NCBI GenBank assembly: GCA_013265495.1 | Contig: MU058059.1 | Location: forward strand, 2,331,502 to 2,395,501 | DNA from: Vicugna vicugna | Lineage: Eukaryota | Direction of reading: 5' to 3' | DNA: 64,000 nucleotides | Shown here: piece by piece, positions 23,778 to 35,300 of the stretch | Layout: each line of letters starts with the position of its first letter | How positions within the stretch are numbered: the stretch's first letter is position 1 | Program-made: the position numbers and the translations under genes | The notes under the pieces: model-generated | What the model saw: only the letters and a program-made list of their open reading frames with translations | Database searches by the model: none | What the model was told of the DNA's origin: nothing

Positions 23778-23860
23778 AAAGAATCCAAAAAAAAAAAAAA
23801 TTGGGGGTTGGCATCGGAGTGGAGCAGGACAAATAAAACAAACAAACAAAAAAAGAATCC
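23778..23860 (+). mobile_element. Short orphan retro-insertion (65 bp) with 9-bp TSD aaagaatcc
   Basis: TSD at 23778-23786 and 23852-23860; the insert is A14, 30 bp unique sequence, AATAAA and an A-rich tail; the insertion site is TTT/AAAG. Confidence 0.75.
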
Positions 23861-25124
23861 GTGTTCCCATGTGTTTGAGAGTCTGTCACCTTAGGAAGAT
23901 TGATGTTGAAGATAAGACACGTCCTGTTCACTTCTTCTCTGCTGACTGTTTTAAAATCCTGTTTATTTAAAAAGTTGGCACCTAAATTACTTCCATAGCA
24001 ATTTGAGTGTTTAACTGCCAGTCATTTCTATGTTAGTTCCCGTTTTACCTTCCCTAGTTAGAAATTTGTGTTTTCATGGGGTGGCAGAGAGGATCTCCAT
24101 TACCCTAAACATCCTTAATAAGAAACAGAAATATGCTTAATCAATATGCACAGACTACATAAACACATATATTGTTACTGAAAAGTCCCAGTGTTTAATT
24201 TTGGATCATATGCAGTTTAGCTGATCCATGATACTCTTCATTCAGATTTAAACAGGGAGTGATAGTCATTTATCAGGGATTGTTGTATTAATTACTCAGG
24301 AAACAGGAGACGTGAAGTGTAAAGTTTCTGTACCAGTGCCTCCCAGTTAGTTCTTTCCCTAAGGCAAATCATTATGGAGCCAGAAACATTTTCTTTCCCT
24401 TGAGGGTGTGGGCAGTTTGCTGAGAAAGCTTAGCTGGAAGTCCAAAATACTGCAGATTGGTTGAGACAGTCTCACGGCCCTGATCCATCGACTGCACGAC
24501 ACGTGAGACATGGTGCCGAGGGACTTGGTCTGCTAGGTCTCTGGCCTCCCCTTCATCATCATTGTGGGATGTCACACTGGTCTGATGGAGACAGATGCAG
24601 AACAATTGTTGATTGGAAGCTCTCAATAAAGACAGAGAGTTCAAACACGGTGAAATTTAGCGGTGAACATCATGCATCTATCCTAATTTAACAAATGGGA
24701 AAGACCAGGACAACCTGCCATCCATCACATCTGTTTAACTGTACTCCAGAGTGGATTAAATTGTACTTAACTTTTATCTTTATCAGGCTTTACACACTCC
24801 CAAAAAGGAGTAGCTGCTTCTTCACCAAGCTTTTTGCTTTCTGTTTATCAATGTGAGATTTTGAAATTTGTTCTGGAACATTCAGTATCTGGAAAATTCT
24901 TTTTAAAGTCTTTATGGCCCTTAATTCCCCCCCACCCAAGTTTTGTTTTTAGCAGTAAAAATGTCTTTCAATTTAGTAGAATAGCAAGGGGAATGTAGTC
25001 TCAGGATGCAATGGTATAAAGTAGTAGATTATTCTTCAAGGTCAGTGTTCTGAATTGAAATGAGCTTGGCTGGCACTGCAGGTGTTAACTTGGGGGCACT
25101 TAAAGAAACTTTAAGGGATATCAT

Positions 25125-25305
25125 TTTAGGACTGTAGAATCCCAGAGTAAGAGGCACCTTAAGCTCTCCTCCAGTTGTGTAGTTCACAGCTAAGAAGATG
25201 GGGCCCTAAGAGGACAGTGACAACCACAGCAAGGTCATTCTGACCTTCTACAGCAGTGCCAGGATACGAATGCAGCTTTCCTGACTCCCAGGTAGAGCTT
25301 TTCCT
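25125..25305 (-). mobile_element. MIR3/MIRc-like fragment
   Basis: gcaccttaag...ctccag...caaggtca...gtgccaggatacgaa...ttcctgactcccagg. Confidence 0.5.
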
Positions 25306-25727
25306 TTCTTTCCCCACTGCGCATCTTCACGTGTCAATTCTACATAGATTCTGTGACCCTTAAGTCCTACCAGTATCTTAAGGACTTAAGAGCAAGAGGA
25401 AGGATGATCATGGTGAGAAGGAAAATGCCCGGCTCTTAAAACCTGAAACCATCAATTCTGAGTTAAAGAGGAAGTGTGTGGGAGAAAGTGAGGAGGAGGA
25501 GACCACTCCTGTGCTAGTGTCTCTCCAGCTTACTTAATGCTTGTGAGCCAGTGCGAAATATATTCATGAATTTTGCTTATAGAGTTGCTGTGTGTTGCCC
25601 CCTTGGATGATTTTTATATCTGCAGACGCCAAGAGCAAATATTTAAGTTTTCTTTTTGAAGAGCAAGGAAATCCCAAAAGAAGACATTTTCTAACATCTT
25701 GATGAAAATTATTGGTGTAAAACATTA

Positions 25728-26210
25728 TGTATTAGTTAGGATTGGATACACCACAAGGTAAGGGAAAACACAAAATAAGAATGTATGTGTTAAGTGAGTA
25801 GAATTTTATTTTTCCTTTGCAGTAAAAGGAGTGGAGAGATAAGGAGACTATGACTGGGTGGCCACCTCCTTCTTTCTTGCTCCCTCTATCATCCTAATGT
25901 GGCAACTCAAGGCTCAAAATGGCTGCTCAAGCTCCAGCCATCACATCTTAATTTTAGCTAACATGAAGTAAGTGATGAAGAAGAGAAGCAGGAAGAGGGT
26001 AAAGGGCCAGTATCAGCTGGTTTGGTTTATAAGGTGGTTTCTGGAAGCAGTCACATAATACTTCCACTTATGTTTCAGTTTCATTGATCAGAACTTAGTT
26101 ATGAGAATACTTCTTGCTGCAAAGAAGACTGGAACATTTGGAATGATTTTGGAAAATTCGACCTGTATTCTGGGTGGCAGGGTCCAGCCAAATCAGGGTT
26201 GCATTACTGT
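25728..26210 (-). mobile_element. MaLR LTR (MLT1J/K/L-like)
   Basis: tgtattagttagga start, aaaatggctgctcaagctccagccatcacatct, cattgatcagaacttag, gctgcaaagaagactgg. Confidence 0.8.
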
Positions 26211-28800
26211 ATTTTATTTTGATCAGTTACAGTATTTGAATTTGAAAGTTTTATCTGTCATTTTTTAAATTTGGCATACGTCTAACGTGCTATGTGGAGA
26301 CCGCCATTTGTGTCCAGTAATGTGATTAATGATTCAACTGTTAACCACCTTTTCTGTCTCACATCCTCTCTGTAGTGCCCATGTTTGTAGTTGATATGTT
26401 CTCCCTTGACCAGCCCATTTGTCCGCACCTCCCCAGTGAGCCTAAAGAATGAAGATCACTTGGTAAATGCCCTAGACCTTCTAAGAGGTTCTGTGAAGAA
26501 CATTTTTAGGGAACACCTGTGTTTGTTTTTCAGTTGTCTTTGATTGTTACTTGAGATGAATGGTACAATGAAAAGCCAGACTCTGGAAAGGATTTCTAGG
26601 TCTGTCCTCCAACGCCCCCTGGTAACAGCCCATCACTGAGGAGACCAATGCAGACAAGATACAAGGCTATCAATACAGAGGAAGGGTCTCTTTGCAGCTG
26701 TGCTTTGTTATAAAGTATATCTTCAGACTCCTGTTCTCCCAAACCAGACCCTTGGTTCCTCCTCTTCCTCCTCCTCTGTATTCATATACTGCCTCTTCTG
26801 ACCTCCTGGTAGCCTTGACCTTGCTGTAGCCTTGCAGCTCAAACCAGTAGAGGACATTGCTTCTTGAAGCCACCAGGTCTTCAGAAGTTCCTGGGGGACA
26901 TATTCACTATATGGACCTGGGTCTTGGACTTGAACCACTGAATCTGAGCCTCTGGGCACAAAGCTTGTGGGTTCATTTCCAAAGCTTTTCCAGAGTCCTT
27001 AGGCTACCAACTTCCTACCATGTTTAGGCAGTTCTGCACTATGATGCAGGGATTAGACATAAACCCCCTCCCTCCAAAAATGACAAACTCACTGCGCTAA
27101 ATGCTTCACACCATGACGGGCTTGAAATCCCCAGTCCTGTGTTCCACACCTGCAGCAAAGCTGAATGAGACCCTGGCCAGCTTTGCATTAAAGGTGCCAA
27201 AGCTTCTCTGAGCCAGCGGTGCCTGGGGATATGGAGGACAAATGATCAGCATTAATATCCAGCACCGTGAGGGAGGACAAAGACTGGGCACCCCAAATCT
27301 GTGTGCATCTGGGTAGCGTGGTTTGGGGAGAGGATTGGAGATGGGCTGATAGGAAGCGAAGGAACGAGGTGGTACGCTGGTTCTGTCCAAGGCGAATGAG
27401 TCCCAGCCTCTGTGATATTTCAGCTTTAAATTAGGTTTTGGCTTAGCTAATAAATCTGGACTATGTTTATGTAATTGTGGTTTTATGTATACTTAAGAGT
27501 TTAATTTTTAATTAAGTCTAGACTAGTGTTCCACGTATAAATCAAGAAGATCATGTAATTCTGTGAAGAGATAAAAATTTGGCGGTGGGGAGCGGTTGGA
27601 GAGGGCGGGCAGGTCTGAATGCTAGCAGAGTTGATGTTAAAAATGTATCTGAGTTGTAGTTTCCTTCTTAAGAAGTGAGGTTGGCTGGAGATCTGCTGTG
27701 TACGTTAATTACAAAAGGAGAGAAAATGGTATGGGATTCTGCGACTGCTGAAAAAGCCTTAGCAGCATGAATGTTCTAAGAAGCATGGTGACATTGCTCA
27801 AGTTCAATTGAAAATGGTCTAGGGCAGCCCCGTTGGCAAAGGGGGAAAAATGAATTCTCGGAAGGGTGATGGTTCCGCATTCATGAGGACAAAACTTCCC
27901 TGCCTTCCTCTGGGCGTTTATTTTCACGTAAGCTCGGGTTCCTATCTTAGCTGCAGTGCCGCTTTGTTCACAGCAAGGACCCCAGACCCAGGTGACTTCC
28001 TGGGCGAGGGACAAGTGACATGAGTAAGTGAGGCCGTACAGAGGTGGGGTCTCTGCTTGGCTCCAGGTGGGAATGCAGGTTTCTGGACTCCCAGGCGAAG
28101 ATCTGCTAGGTCTGCAGAGTTTTCATAAAACTGCGATTTCCTGATCTCTCTGTGTTGTCAAGTCATTTGGATGAAATAAAATAAAGACAGTTGGGTGTTC
28201 GATGCTGAGAAACCTGAATGTGGCCCTCAGGCCCCTGTCTGCTTTGTCTGCCCCGCAGTGAGAGGATAGGTTAGACCTCATGGATTAGACAAGACTGCAG
28301 AAGTCAAGGTCAGCCATTGCATCTGGTTGGTAAAAGGCCGGTGGTTGGTAAGTCCCGGTGCCTGTGAGGGGCTCCTCGGGGTGAGGGATGGGTGTGGAGG
28401 CCTGTGCCAGCCCCTCATCTGCCAGCCTGTGCGAGATGGTTCCTCAGCCCCAGCCCCCATCCCGTGTTCCCTTTGGACCGCGTGAACCAGATCCTGATGG
28501 GGACGTGGCACTCCTAGTGAAGTGAGACGTACTGCAGGACAGACATCTGTTCCTGTCCCGGGCAGTGACTGTGGCTACCCATTGGCGTCCCTAGTGTCAC
28601 CCTCGTGTGGCCAGTTGTGGGCATTGTAGCTCCCGCGGTGACCCTGCTTGTAGAATACGTTGGATTTCACCCTGCTGTCTTCAATGCATTCCTCTCAAAA
28701 ATGCTTTTTCAATACATTTTGCCTTTTACTTAGAAGCGTTCGTTCCCTTGGACACACAGTTCTGTTTTTCATTCTTTTGTATTAGTAATGCTTTTCTCTT

Positions 28801-29054
28801 TTTTAAAAAAAATTATTTGTGTTTATTTTTTATTGACGTGTAGTTGATTTACAGTGTTGTGTCAATTTCCTGTGTACAGCATGTTTCAGTTGTACATATA
28901 CATACGTACATTCCTTTTCATGTTCTTTTTCATTATAGGTTACTACAAGATAGTGAATGTAGTTCCCTGTGCTCCGTAGAAGAGATTTGTTTTTTTTAAT
29001 CTATTTTGTATATAGTAGTTAATATTTGCAAATCTCGAACTCCCAGTTTAAGCG
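28801..29054 (-). mobile_element. Young L1 3' end with 13-bp TSD atgcttttctctt
   Basis: TSD at 28788-28800 and 29055-29067 with an L1 3' UTR between them. Confidence 0.92.
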
Positions 29055-29396
29055 ATGCTTTTCTCTTGATGAGTTGACGGTCTTCCCTTTCCTTCTCACT
29101 CCTCAGCCTTACGATTTCATGGAGGATGCACACCATGAACGTTTTAACAACTGACCAGATTGTCCCTGTTTGTCTCCTATGTTATTTTGCTATGTTCCCC
29201 GCGTTTTGCATCTTCCCGTGTTTTACAGCTCGGCCACATGGGCTTGGAACAATACTCTCATGCTTGCCTATAGTCTCCTTGTTTTTGCTTTTGCTGCTTC
29301 TTCTGCTTAGAAAGTTCTTTTTGCTTCCACCACTTATGCTGGGGTGGCCAAATCAATGTGACTTTTGCAACAAGAGATAATGTCTCCTTCCTTGAA

Positions 29397-29622
29397 TTTT
29401 TTTACATTATTTTTTTCTTATTTTTTATTGAAGCATGGTTCATTTACAATGTTATTTTCAGGTGTACAGCAAAGCGATTCTGCTATATATATATACTTGG
29501 TTTCTTTTCCATTACAGCTCATTACAAGAAATTGAATATAGTTCCCTGTGCTATACATTGGATTGTTGTTGTTTATCTATTTTGTACATATTAGGGTATA
29601 TCTGTTAATCCCAAACTCCTAG
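29397..29622 (-). mobile_element. Young L1 3' end
   Basis: ttttattgaagcatggttcatttacaatg...gaatatagttccctgtgctata...atcccaaactccta; possible TSD aatgtctc. Confidence 0.9.
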
Positions 29623-29707
29623 AATGTCTCTTATAGAATCCTCCACTTTCTATGTCCTGTCCTGTATTGACACCTATGAGAAAAATTCTTCTGTTTCTCC
29701 TTAATTC

Positions 29708-29897
29708 TAAGGCTGTCCAGCATGGTAGCTGTTAGCCACACTGGGCAACTTACATCTGAAAGAAGAAAAATTAAGGAAATTTGTAAATTTCGTTCCTCAG
29801 TTACACCGGCCACATTTCAAGCACTCCGTGGCCATACTGGGTATAGTCCTTCTGAACGTGTCCTTCATTGGAGAAAGTTCTGTTGAAACAGGGCTGC
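29708..29897 (-). mobile_element. MER3 (hAT-Charlie MITE)
   Basis: gctgtccagcatggtagc...gttcctcagttacaccggccacatttcaagcactc...agaaagttctgttgaaacagggctg. Confidence 0.8.
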
Positions 29898-31789
29898 TCT
29901 CAGGTCTCCGAGGGCTTTGATTGGCTTTCTCCATCCCGCCCTCCACTCCATGGGCAGCATCATGTCCATCCTTATTTTTGGTGGGCAGGATTGCAATGGT
30001 AGCAGTGTGGGGCAGGGGTGAGTGGTAGGGAGGAGAACTGGCTTTATGACCTGGAGAAAGATGCTACCCCCTCGTGGCCTCAGTGTCGTCACTGGTGAGT
30101 GGGAATAATCAGTACAGGCAGGTGGGTTGCTCTGGGTGCAAAATAAGCTGCTTGGTGAAAAGTTCCTGGTGTCCTGGTGGCCACACGGTAGGTGTTCTGT
30201 GAATGTCCCTAGCCTGCAGTAGGGCTTCCGTAGGCTTCACACCTAAGAGCCCAGCCTCCCCGCCTTGACTGTCCTCAGGCTGTGACCTGGGCGTGGGCAG
30301 CCACCTGGGTGTGTGGCCCGAGGGTGGCGCTCAGTTTTGCTGAGGACGGGGAGTCCCATCCTGCCTGCTGCTGGGCCCGCCTCACTCTAGGTGTGAAGAA
30401 ACGTTTGCCATTTGACCTCAGATACTATCATTTTAAAACATTGGTGGCCAGAAATTTATTTTCTTATGCCCGGTTTCCTTTGTGATTTTTTTAATAGAGC
30501 ATTGTATTTGTTGGTCACTAATATTTTCAGTGAATGGAAACCCACAGGAATGTCTCTGCATTTCCCCTTTGGCTTCCATGAAGCCCTGAAGGTGGTCATT
30601 TTCGACGAAACCCCCTCAAACTCTTAATAAGTGACTTGACCTTTAAGGCTGGGAAACTCCTTCTTAAGGGGTTTTCATCTCAATCAGGTGCCAGTGCTTC
30701 TGATTAGATTGGATTCATCTTTCAGGTCCTATTCTGCAAGAAACCCTGAATTCCGTTAGAGTAAGTGAAACATTATCCCTGACTTCGCCTTGACAGATGC
30801 AGGGGAAGTCAGCCTTTTTGTCCTGTAATTGCTTTCATCAGTTCTCTGAGGCAACAGCCAAATCACAGATCCCAGGGGAGGAAGCTGTCCTGCAGGGAAG
30901 TTCCTGTTTGCAGGAGTGGCTGAGCTCCCATTTGTCACTAGCTGTTCTTGCCCTGACGTGCCACCCATGGCATCATTTAGAACCTAATTACCCACGCCAT
31001 TAACGCCTCATCCCCCACTGCAGTTTCCTAGAGTTTGAAGGAAGACAAGATGTAGGGGTGTGGGAAGTGATGGATAGAAATCCTCAAATATCTACAACTA
31101 AAGGGGATAAACTTGAAACTCCCGGGAAAAAGGTGACACGTGAGAGCTCAGTAGAAAGAATCCTACGGACAGTCTTCATCCTCCCATTTTAAGCCATCAT
31201 GCATTGAAAGAAGAATTTAAGTTACAGTGAGTGAAAAATACGTTGGCTATTTCCAACAACTTAAAAAAAAATCCAACACAGGATTTGGGATGAATGGATG
31301 CAAAAATGAGCTTTTGATTCCTTTTCTTATGCAGTGCATAGACTTTTGAGATATTCTCAGTCGGCTTGTGCAAAACAGTGGAGTCCCTGGATTTTTCCCA
31401 CCAGTGCTGTGTCTTTCTATTCACTGTTCCATTCACTCACCCAGTTGTTTATTCATCATTTTTATTTAAGGTATTGAATTAGAAAATTAAATGTAAAAAA
31501 AGATGTATATTTGAAAAAAGCAGTTTTGTCTTTTAAAGAGACTCCTTTGGTTAGAAGGAGACCCTGGGACTCTGTAGCACATCAGATTCAGGCAGAGAAC
31601 TGAAGCATCCTTGAATCCTGTAAGATAGAAGTGCTCGAAGTAGCCAGAGGTAGGTTGTGGCAAGTTATGGTGAGCCTACATTTATCAAGTTGTTAATCAC
31701 TTCTACTGAAAGTAGAAATTTAACTTGAAAATTGAGAATTAAGTTGCACTGATTTATCTCGGAGAGGGTTTGCCCATTACATGGGCATC

Positions 31790-31965
31790 AGTGTCAGTGC
31801 TCGGTGTGCTTTTCCTGATTTAATTCTGATAATAGTGCGGTGAAAGCTGTGATCATGTTCCCATTTGACTGGTGAGAAGAGACAAGGGCAAAGATGTTAA
31901 GTGGCATGTCTGGTTGTCACCTAAGCCTCCACCTCCATTGAGGTTCGAACGATGAGAGTCCGGCG
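31790..31965 (-). mobile_element. MIR fragment
   Basis: cccatttgactggtgagaagagacaagg...gttaagtggcatgtc...gaggttcgaac. Confidence 0.5.
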
Positions 31966-33889
31966 CTTAGGATTTAAGTTATTCTGAGCAGTAAGGAAAG
32001 GGGTCCGCATATTGATTTTGCATTAGCATCTGTGTGGCCACTGCTGGTCATGTCACTTTTATCACCTACAACAATGGAAATTGTAATCCCTGTCTTGTGA
32101 AATTTAATACGCTGCAGTGAGGCTGTCATGGAATAATGCATGTAAAAATGTTTGGTGCAGTGGATCATGTTGTGCCAATGAAAGTGAATATTCTTACTCT
32201 ATAGCGTTTTAAAATGGAGTCTTTCACAACAGTCTAAGAAATTTTCTGTCTTAACCCATGGCAGTAACTTGTCAGTTTGCTCTTAAGTGTTCACTAGGTG
32301 ATGACCATGAAGCACCAGAATGGTAGCCATAAATACAATTACTTGACGAATTTTGAATAATATGATATTCTTAAAAGAAAAAGGGAAAGGCTGGCTGAAA
32401 CCTGGTATGTCAACAAATTAGACAAACGGAACTCTTGCTTTATTTAAGAGACAGACGGAGGCCTTCCCACAGTAGGATTAAGTGTGTGGCTGAGTAATGT
32501 CAGTGAATCTTCCCCTGAAGATTTTAGCCATAAAACAAAAAAGGGAAATTTATATGTAGTAGAAATTATTCTTACCCGTGTTTTGGCTTGTAAACTGGTT
32601 TACAGAGAAACCTCTGCTCTTCTTTTAAATTGTGGATTAAGAATATCCCTAGATGCTATCAGAATTAATAATACTTTTGTTTACATGAAGGCAGGAATGC
32701 ATTATTCAGCAGCTTTTATTCTGGGCTTAGCGTGCTCTTATCTGAGAAGCTTCGTGAGGATTCTGAAATAACTGTAAAATTCATCAAACAAATGGCAATG
32801 ATTACCATGAAATCAGGCTTCTGACTTAGATTTTTCTGCAATTAGTGAGAAAGCATCGTACTTGGATTTATGTTATTTAGACTGACTGGGGAAGTCCTTT
32901 TTAAAGCCTAAACCAGGCTGTATGTTTTCAAGAACTACTCGGTAGAGCTTCTTTAAAAGGTTTTGGGAAAAATCAGGAAAATCAGATTTGGGAAAAAAAT
33001 CAGATTCCGTTTGTCTGCATCCTTGGGGCTCAGCAAGGCCGTACTGTGGAGCATACCAGATTCTGTCGCCGAAGAAGAATTTAGGTATTTGTTTTCCTGC
33101 ACGTCTAAAGGCATCATCGTTACTCAGAATGGATATTGAATGCTAAGGGTTTTGCCCCAGGGCTTCTAAAGGTAGTAGGAAATTGAACTGGCAGGTGAAA
33201 AAGGGTTCAGTTATTCTGCAAAGAAGCATGCCTTGATGATGGATGCAGGGGAGTAAGGTGGAGTAATTCTGAACTGCATTTTAGAAAATCTTACGTAAAA
33301 AGTAAAACCCTGCAAACTGCCTTTTATCTCCTGTCCTGCTGTCCCAGGCCTTCTACACAGCTCTTCCCCGCCCCTCCCCCATAGAACTTACGAGCTATAT
33401 ATTTGGCTTGTGTGTGATGTTTATGTTTATATCCTGTTTCATCTACTAAAATAAATCTAAGTGCCTAGAACACTGCCTGGCAGGCAGTAGGTAATGGATA
33501 AATGGTTTTTGAATAACTAAATGAATCAAAAGCCAGGGTCTTCATTTTGTGTCTTTAGTTTATTTGTTTAAAGAATGAGAGCTATATGGGATACCCACCC
33601 ACAGTATTTTTCCAGAGCAACCATGAGAATAGTTGTCATCGTGGATCTTATCTTATTGTCAACTGAGCTGTGACTGCATCTCAAAATGTCATTTGTTTGA
33701 AATTTAAATTTATTTTCCCATAGCAAAAGACAAAAGCTAAATGTATTTAGGTTCCAAACTTCAGTACAAAGACTGTCAGGAGGATGGGATTTTGAAGTCA
33801 GAATTTTTGCTCTGAATCCTGGCAAGCCATTTTCTGCATATTTCTATCACTTAGGTTGAATTAGGGATAGAATCAGAGGAAGGATAATA

Positions 33890-34075
33890 AATAGTGGTTA
33901 AGAGCCTCAGCTCTGGAGTTCTGTTGAATCGGGCTCAAATCCTGACTTAGTCTTTTGGGAGTTGATGAATCTGGGTAAATTATCAAAACTCTCCAAACAT
34001 CCATCTTCTCTGCTATAAAATGCCAATAATAAGTAGTACTTCTTGGAGTTGTTGTAAGGATGGAGAGAAAAGTTT
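33890..34075 (+). mobile_element. MIR SINE
   Basis: atagtggttaagagc...ctctggag...gggctcaaatcctgact...tataaaatg...aataataagtagtact...gttgttgtaaggat. Confidence 0.85.
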
Positions 34076-34559
34076 ATCAGCCCATCAGTCACTGGCAATA
34101 GAACTAAGTTGTTTGAGGTTAACCCTTTTGCTGAGAACAGTTAGAAGACTGGATGAACTATATACATATATAGCTGTCTTTCTGACATCATCAGAGGCCT
34201 TCCAAAGAGCAGTTGTGTGATCCAGGAAGTCCAGAGATGTGAACCCTGTATGTGGGTTTTCTCCCCAAGAACAATACTGAGTGTCTTCGCCTCTTAATGT
34301 GCACTTTGGTAACTGACAACAGATATCAAAGAGCAGAGCTTTCAAGAGACTCACAGGACTGGTGGTAGAGTAACTAGATTGGAGTTCAACCCCTGCCAAG
34401 GAGAAGGTAAATACCCCAGGCCTGGGGACTCCAAGGGCCACATCCTGGGTGTTACGATGAATAGGAGGTAGACCAGCTCCAACCAGCCCAGCCTCTGATT
34501 AAATCAAGGTGGTCTGGAATTGCTGGCGCCCCAAACCTGTCTGCCTCTCAGAAGCCTAT

Positions 34560-35300
34560 TGGAAAGAACCAGTCCTATGAAGAGATGGCAAACTGCGACC
34601 AACAACCAAGAGAAAATACAGACAATAGGATATGTCAGGAAAAAAGACTTGTGATTGATGATGTGTTTTAAAATAGCTATGGCTAATATGTTAGAGGAAT
34701 TAAAAGAAAAATTGGAATTTTGACATTACTAGACATTCTAAAATTATGAAGTACTGTAGCTAAAATTAAAAACTCAGTAGATGATTTAAACATATGAAAA
34801 GTAGTGAAAAGACAATAAAATATCCAGACTGATGCTGAGACAGACAAAAAATGCAAAATACAGAGAAGAGCCTAAGGGGCATCTGGACATGGTAGGTATA
34901 TATTACAAAGCACCAGGAAAAGCGGAGAGGAAAGGGCGTGCAGCCATGTCTGAAGAGGTGGTACGTAAGAATTTCCAAACCTGATGAAAAGCATTGGGCA
35001 GACACTTGGGAAGATTTCAAACCTCAACAAGATAAACAAAAACACAAAGAACACTATACCTAGGCAGATTGTGATCAAATCGCTGAAAATCAAAGACAAA
35101 GACGAAATGCTGGGAGCATCTAGAGGAAAAAAAGGCACCTGATCTTCAAAAAAGCAGCAATACGATTTTGAGTTGATTTCTCAACAGAAACAGTGGCACC
35201 CAGAAGACAATGACATGATGTTTTCGAAGTTCTGGAAGAGTTCTGCCAATCAGTGATGACAGCCTTCGAGAGTGAGGACATCAATCAGACATTTACAAGT
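34560..35300 (+). mobile_element. Ancient L1 ORF1 remnant
   Basis: aagaatttccaaacctgatgaaa, cctaggcagattgtgatcaaatcgctgaaaatcaaagacaaa, gatttctcaacagaaacagtgg...cagaagacaatg correspond to ORF1p motifs (ENFPNL, PRHI..KL, DFS.ET...RRQW). Confidence 0.8.

Noticed and set aside
26670..26959. Minus-strand ORFs with a poly-Glu run (possible processed pseudogene)
   Set aside because: No recognisable protein, poly(A) or TSD; the Glu run comes from a short low-complexity cct-rich tract.
32961..33008. Short imperfect tandem repeat tttgggaaaaatcag / gaaaatcagatt
   Set aside because: Ordinary local slippage duplication with only 2-3 degenerate units.
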